This document shows, in pieces, positions 1 through 2,011 of a DNA stretch of 2,011 bases. Where the stretch lies: NCBI GenBank assembly GCA_000004985.1, contig GG739297.1, one strand, 5' to 3'. The number at the start of each line of letters is the position of its first letter. Within the stretch, counting starts at the first letter, position 1. The position numbers were made by a program, and so were the translations under genes. The DNA is from Naegleria gruberi. Taxonomy: Eukaryota. The notes below the pieces were generated by a model. That model was not told where the DNA came from. It was given only the letters and a program-made list of their open reading frames with translations, and made no database searches.

Positions 1-1
1 T

Positions 2-280
2 GAATGTATGAAATATTGCCCAAATATTATTCTGGTTTGCACCAAAACTGATTTGAGAAATGAAAAAACCTTTTGTAAGAGATTAACTGAGAAATTTCAA
101 AGAAAGCCAATTGGATTCGAACAAGGAGAGCTACTTGCAAGAAAAATGGGATGTATTACCTATTTGGAAACCAGCTCTTTTAACAATGAAGGTATCAAAG
201 AGTTGACTGAAATTATTGCCAAATCTATTGTGATAGCTTCAAATTCAACTCTGAAACAAAAGAAATGCATGCTGCAATAG
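2..280 (+). CDS. Rho-family small GTPase, C-terminal ~92 aa (5'-partial; gene continues upstream of the window); ends with a polybasic stretch and the CaaX prenylation box CMLQ
   Basis: The frame is open from the window edge (gaa tgt atg...) to TAG at 278-280. The translation ...ECMKYCPNIILVCTKTDLRNEK...KPIGFEQGELLARKMGCITYLETSSFNNEGIKELTEIIAKSIV...KQKKCMLQ* aligns with the C-terminal half of Rho/Rac/Cdc42 proteins: the CPN..ILVGTKxDLR block (TKxD here is the G4/NKxD-type box), the Rho insert region, and an ETSSF stretch at the SAK/G5 position. It ends in a polybasic region followed by C-a-a-X at the extreme C-terminus. The subfamily (Rho1/Cdc42/Rho3-like) cannot be assigned from this fragment. 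Confidence 0.85.
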   Translation, partial: ECMKYCPNIILVCTKTDLRNEKTFCKRLTEKFQRKPIGFEQGELLARKMGCITYLETSSFNNEGIKELTEIIAKSIVIASNSTLKQKKCMLQ

Positions 281-318
281 TTCACTACTTTCAATAATAA
301 CTCAATGAAGTGAAAAAT

Positions 319-921
319 TTACTTTATTTTAGAGACCAACCATTCAATACTCTCAGTAATATTAAACTCATTAATTATACTGGTCATGAAAACTTCGAGA
401 GGACGTTGAGGATTCGACTCGTTAATACCCTTAGTAGGACCAGTTCTCAAATGAGAAACTCCCATTGTACAACAGAGTTCAAATTCAGACATGGCTTGAG
501 GATTATCAACCTTATTACCCAGAATTACAACTGGAACATTGGCCAAGTCTGAATCATTTAAAATCTTGGCCAATTCCTTAGCAGCAACCTGAGATCTCTT
601 TCTATCCATTGAATCGACAATGAAAACAATACCATTCACATCAATACAATATTGTTTCCAAAGCTGACGTGCCAGATCATGTCCTCCCATATCAATAGCT
701 TCCACAGAACATGTCGATGAAATTTCAATGGATTCCTTATTGGGAGTAGTTGTACTTTGATAGGCACCAATAAGATTACTCTTCAATTTGTGCAATAGTG
801 TTGTCTTTCCAGCATTGTCTAATCCTAGAAATATGATCTTTCCCTTCACTGATGACATTAATCCCAATAATTTCAGCAAGTCAGAGCAATAATTTAAAAT
901 CCAACTGAAAAATGAAGACAT
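319..921 (-). CDS. SAR1: Sar1, the COPII vesicle-coat GTPase; complete 200-aa ORF with no intron
   Basis: The N-terminal amphipathic segment MSSFFSWILNYCSDLLKLLGL is followed by the Sar1-specific P-loop context GKIIFLGLDNAGKTTLLHKLK. A switch-I Thr is present (AYQSTT). Switch II reads DMGGH, with the Sar1-type His where Arf has Gln. The NKVD box and the C-terminal RPLEVFMTSI block (cf. RPVEVFMCSV) are present. I estimate ~40-45% identity to yeast/animal Sar1 from memory, so this is a divergent orthologue. The start codon is the complement of CAT at 919-921 in an A-rich context (taatcaaaaATGtc). The stop is the complement of TTA at 319-321. Confidence 0.92.
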   Translation of the reverse strand: MSSFFSWILNYCSDLLKLLGLMSSVKGKIIFLGLDNAGKTTLLHKLKSNLIGAYQSTTTPNKESIEISSTCSVEAIDMGGHDLARQLWKQYCIDVNGIVFIVDSMDRKRSQVAAKELAKILNDSDLANVPVVILGNKVDNPQAMSEFELCCTMGVSHLRTGPTKGINESNPQRPLEVFMTSIINEFNITESIEWLVSKIK

Positions 922-927
922 TTTTGA

Positions 928-946
928 TTACAATATTTTACAATAT
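928..946. repeat. Direct repeat TTACAATAT x2 (928-936 and 938-946) in the presumptive SAR1 5' leader, 8-27 nt upstream of the SAR1 ATG
   Basis: Exact 9-mer duplication with 10-bp periodicity, read directly from the sequence (ttaCAATATttTACAATATg). The - strand leader from 922 to 1020 contains no ATG. Confidence 0.5.
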
Positions 947-1000
947 GAAAGTAGGAGAAGTTTGTTAAATTGAGAACTGAGCAGTTACCAATTATTGTTG

Positions 1001-1008
1001 TTTTTTTT
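1001..1008. promoter_or_regulatory. Poly(dT) tract (T8), a candidate nucleosome-excluding promoter element
   Basis: ttgttgTTTTTTTTgatt. Homopolymeric dA:dT tracts are typical of yeast-type promoters. It lies 80-88 bp upstream of the SAR1 ATG. Confidence 0.3.
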
Positions 1009-1044
1009 GATTATGAAAATTTCATTATTATCACTCATTAGAGT

Positions 1045-1053
1045 TTTTAAATA
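1045..1053 (-). promoter_or_regulatory. TATA-like element (TATTTAAAA on the - strand) for SAR1
   Basis: It lies ~125-133 nt upstream of the SAR1 ATG. The - strand leader between it and the ATG (922-1020) has no ATG, whereas ATGs reappear immediately upstream of it (taATGagtgataataATGaa). This is the layout expected when the TATA box sits just 5' of the transcription start region. Confidence 0.25.
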
Positions 1054-1075
1054 GATTCGTATCAAACACCTCACC

Positions 1076-1083
1076 ACACGTGT
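1076..1083. promoter_or_regulatory. Palindromic E-box ACACGTGT (core CACGTG), a bHLH-type site (Cbf1/Pho4-like in yeasts)
   Basis: Perfect 8-bp palindrome within ctcaccACACGTGTcgg. CACGTG is the established core for fungal bHLH factors. It is a sequence match only. Confidence 0.3.
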
Positions 1084-1091
1084 CGGTTGGA

Positions 1092-1099
1092 CAAATTTG
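1092..1099. repeat. Palindromic octamer CAAATTTG, copy 1, embedded in ACAAATTTGGAAAT
   Basis: Self-complementary 8-mer. A near-identical extended copy is at 1195-1208 and a degenerate copy, ACAATTTG, at 1139-1146. Confidence 0.4.
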
Positions 1100-1106
1100 G
1101 AAATCA

Positions 1107-1128
1107 ATGACGTATACTCCAACGTCAT
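1107..1128. promoter_or_regulatory. CRE-like inverted repeat ATGACGT-N8-ACGTCAT (two TGACGT half-sites; a bZIP ATF/CREB-type site)
   Basis: aATGACGTatactccaACGTCATc. The arms 1107-1113 and 1122-1128 are exact reverse complements, and each contains the TGACG(T) half of the CRE TGACGTCA. Confidence 0.3.
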
Positions 1129-1195
1129 CCCTCAACAAACAATTTGTGTTATTCTGAAACTTTTGTTTTAGTCCTCAGAAAACATGTTCATCCAA

Positions 1196-1203
1196 CAAAT
1201 TTG
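1196..1203. repeat. Palindromic octamer CAAATTTG, copy 2, embedded in ACAAATTTGAAAT
   Basis: Same self-complementary 8-mer, ~104 bp from copy 1. The extended direct repeat ACAAATTTG(G)AAAT matches copy 1 with a single G indel. Confidence 0.4.
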
Positions 1204-1253
1204 AAATTTATGCTTTTAGTGCTTAATTCAAAGAGGGACAACATCACACTAGA

Positions 1254-1265
1254 TTTTATAATTAG
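1254..1265 (+). promoter_or_regulatory. TATA-like element TTTTATAATTAG (TATAAT core), possibly for the + gene; a second AT-rich candidate is at 1381-1396 (AAATTATTAATTTATT)
   Basis: Near-consensus TATA-box match ~235 bp upstream of the 1495 ATG. The AT-rich block at 1381-1396 (~100 bp upstream) is an alternative. Neither assignment is testable from sequence alone. Confidence 0.2.
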
Positions 1266-1398
1266 ACACTGTAAGCTCTATTGTTTATCAACATTTACTA
1301 GTCAAACAAGTGCAAAAACATGAAATTTCGAGCTTCATACGAATGAATTACTGATAGAGGGTGCAAGGAGATGAATAGCCAAATTATTAATTTATTGA

Positions 1399-1412
1399 AT
1401 TTGGTATTTGGT
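1399..1412. repeat. Tandem heptamer ATTTGGT x2
   Basis: gaATTTGGTATTTGGTcgac. The two units are exactly adjacent, 83-96 bp upstream of the + gene ATG. Confidence 0.5.
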
Positions 1413-1460
1413 CGACTTTCACTGCGTCACTACTAGTATTTCATTGAAACTCGTATTACA

Positions 1461-1474
1461 GTCAAATGTCAAAT
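1461..1474. repeat. Tandem heptamer GTCAAAT x2, 21-34 bp upstream of the + gene ATG
   Basis: acaGTCAAATGTCAAATcacg. The two units are exactly adjacent. The junction creates an upstream ATG at 1466-1468. Confidence 0.5.
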
Positions 1475-1494
1475 CACGTTTACGGCACTAAAAA

Positions 1495-1946
1495 ATGGAA
1501 GAACCAACACCTAATATTATTACTTCGGAACCTACATTCAATAACCTTTCTGTGACTAATTTTACCACACAATACTTTCCCACACAAGTTGAAAATATAC
1601 TTTCCCTTTCCAATTCTTGTCTATTCCTATTAATATATTATTTAATTCTAATTGTGACAACCTTTACACATTGCTACAAGTTTAGATCTTACCGTGTCAA
1701 CCAGAAAAAATTATTTGCTATTATTTGGGGTTCTATTCTATTACATTCTATTGCATTATCATTTAGAGTGGTCTATGATGTAATTGGACTTTTTGTTAAT
1801 GTTAATTTGTCTACGATTTCAAATTTAGATGCTTTTTTACAATATTATAGGTCAATGATAGCTGTATTATTCATTTCCGATATTATTTCCAACACTCAAA
1901 TGCTAATTAGTTGTTTTGTACTGTCTTGGTTACTTATTTCGAATTT
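1495..1946 (+). CDS. Exon 1 of a polytopic integral membrane protein: an N-terminal ~35-aa ectodomain with N-x-S/T sequons followed by at least 3-4 TM helices. It may be a Ste2-like (fungal alpha-factor pheromone receptor family) GPCR. The ORF's apparent stop at 1948-1950 is interpreted as lying inside an intron
   Basis: Start and topology: ATG at 1495 is in an A-rich context (ctaaaaaATGg) and an in-frame TAA lies 6 nt upstream. The translation begins MEEPTPNIITSEPTFNNLSVTNFTTQ (sequons NLS and NFT). The hydrophobic segments are LFLLIYYLILIVTTF, LFAIIWGSILLHSIALSF, VIGLFVNVNL and MIAVLFISDIISNTQMLISCFVLSWLLISNL. The ORF terminates in the middle of a hydrophobic helix.

Ste2 similarity: RSYRVNQKKLFAIIWGSILLHSIALSF resembles, from my memory of S. 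cerevisiae Ste2, RSRKTPIFIINQVSLFLIILHSALYF (end of TM1, loop, TM2). The N-glycosylated N-terminal ectodomain also matches Ste2 topology. This is unverified. Confidence 0.65.
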
Positions 1947-1984
1947 GTAAGTAATTGCATACTAATTTTATAACTATTTGTTAG
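1947..1984 (+). other. Candidate 38-nt spliceosomal intron (phase 2): donor GTAAGT at 1947-1952, branch-point TACTAAT at 1960-1966, acceptor TAG at 1982-1984; an alternative acceptor is at 1987-1989
   Basis: The ORF's TAA stop is the TAA inside G|TAA|GT. A near-consensus fungal branch site (TACTAAC-like; CTRAY = CTAAT) follows 13 nt later, then a T-rich stretch and the first AG 19 nt after the branch A. Splicing at either acceptor keeps an open frame to the window end, and with 1984 it continues the hydrophobic helix as ...LISN-L-LDSIFIMA. The ORF ends mid-helix without splicing. Confidence 0.5.
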
Positions 1985-2011
1985 ATTAGACTCCATTTTT
2001 ATCATGGCCAT
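1985..2011 (+). CDS. Putative exon 2 (3'-partial, runs off the window) of the membrane-protein gene
   Basis: After the proposed splice (tt|a) the frame reads L-L-D-S-I-F-I-M-A with no stop to the window edge. This is contingent on the intron call. Confidence 0.4.

Larger units (their letters stand above)
922..1494. promoter_or_regulatory. Divergent (bidirectional) intergenic promoter and 5'-leader region between SAR1 (-) and the membrane-protein gene (+)
   Basis: This is a 573-bp gap between two divergently oriented start codons. The six-frame track shows no ORF here. The region contains a poly(dT) tract, palindromic E-box and CRE-like motifs, TATA-like elements and several short repeats, which are listed as separate features. 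Confidence 0.55.

Noticed and set aside
112-123. tRNA B-box-like sequence on the - strand (tGTTCGAATCCa, complement of ggattcgaaca)
   Set aside because: No T-stem pairing flanks the putative loop, and no A-box or cloverleaf can be drawn upstream. The segment is inside the Rho CDS, where the protein alignment explains it (…PIGFEQ…).
281-314. Inverted repeat TTCACT...AGTGAA between the convergent stop codons, as a possible transcription terminator hairpin
   Set aside because: The stem is only 6 bp with a 22-nt AT-rich loop, so it is thermodynamically negligible. The locus is eukaryotic, where 3' ends form by cleavage and polyadenylation and not by hairpin terminators.
310-552. 80-aa ORF on the + strand (MKNLLYFRDQPFNTLSNIKL...)
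   Set aside because: It lies entirely antisense to the well-supported SAR1 coding sequence, has no recognisable domain and has a low-complexity composition. It is the usual shadow ORF in AT-rich coding DNA.
1076-1083. CACGTG as CDEI of a budding-yeast point centromere
   Set aside because: The flanking bases do not fit RTCACRTG. No >90% AT CDEII of ~80 bp follows, and no CDEIII (…TCCGAA…) element follows.
1206-1264. Two 10/11 matches to the yeast ARS consensus WTTTAYRTTTW (ATTTATGCTTT at 1206-1216, TTTTATAATTA at 1254-1264)
   Set aside because: Near matches to this AT-rich 11-mer are expected by chance many times per kb in DNA of this composition. They are only meaningful in Saccharomyces-type yeasts and need B-elements and functional assays. 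This is not supportable as an origin.
1271-1276. GTAAGC donor-like hexamer in the intergenic region (possible 5'-UTR intron)
   Set aside because: There is no associated branch site or acceptor pattern comparable to the 1947-1984 candidate, and no coding context. A single hexamer is uninformative.
1322-1336. Heat-shock-element-like GAAatTTCgagcTTC
   Set aside because: Only two correctly phased nGAAn/nTTCn units are present, and the third is out of register. Functional HSEs need at least three contiguous units.
922-1494. A hidden small protein-coding or ncRNA gene in the 573-bp intergenic region
   Set aside because: No ORF is reported in the six-frame track, and no tRNA or snoRNA box architecture (C/D: RUGAUGA...CUGA; H/ACA) could be assembled by eye. 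The motifs present are better explained as promoter elements for the two divergent genes.
1-2011. Prokaryotic/operon interpretation, or a ciliate/alternative genetic code
   Set aside because: Sar1, Rho and CaaX prenylation are eukaryote-specific. TAG directly follows the CaaX box and TAA ends SAR1, as expected under the standard code. No Shine-Dalgarno-type spacing or co-directional operon structure is present.

Overview
This AT-rich window (roughly one-third G+C by eye) is a compact nuclear locus from a eukaryote, and it reads as ordinary housekeeping DNA. I see no mobile element, RNA gene, CRISPR array or novel multi-gene system.

It contains three protein-coding genes.
- Positions 2..280 (+) are the 3' end of a Rho-family small GTPase gene. 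The protein ends in a polybasic stretch followed by a CaaX box, ...KQKKCMLQ*.
- Positions 319..921 (-) are a complete, intronless but clearly divergent Sar1 (the COPII GTPase, 200 aa). It is convergent with the Rho gene, and only 38 bp separate the two stop codons.
- Positions 1495 onward (+) are the 5' part of a polytopic membrane protein with N-glycosylation sequons in an N-terminal ectodomain.

The last ORF stops exactly inside a consensus splice donor (G|TAA|GT), and a branch-point-like TACTAAT and a TAG acceptor follow within 38 nt. I interpret its terminal stop as the start of a short spliceosomal intron, with the coding frame continuing to the window edge. The TM1 to TM2 region of this protein resembles the fungal alpha-factor receptor Ste2 as I remember it; this is only a hypothesis.

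Positions 922..1494 are a divergent promoter shared by SAR1 and the membrane-protein gene. It carries an 8-bp ACACGTGT E-box palindrome, a CRE-like inverted repeat (ATGACGT-N8-ACGTCAT), two copies of the palindrome CAAATTTG, a T8 tract and several short tandem or direct repeats.

The eukaryote-only protein families, the TAG stop directly after the CaaX box (standard code), the A-rich ATG contexts and the GTAAGT/TACTAAT/TAG intron signals fit a small-intron, fast-evolving fungus (yeast-like). I cannot name the species.

The points most worth following up are the candidate 38-nt intron, the possible Ste2-like receptor, and the forced overlap of the convergent 3' UTRs.
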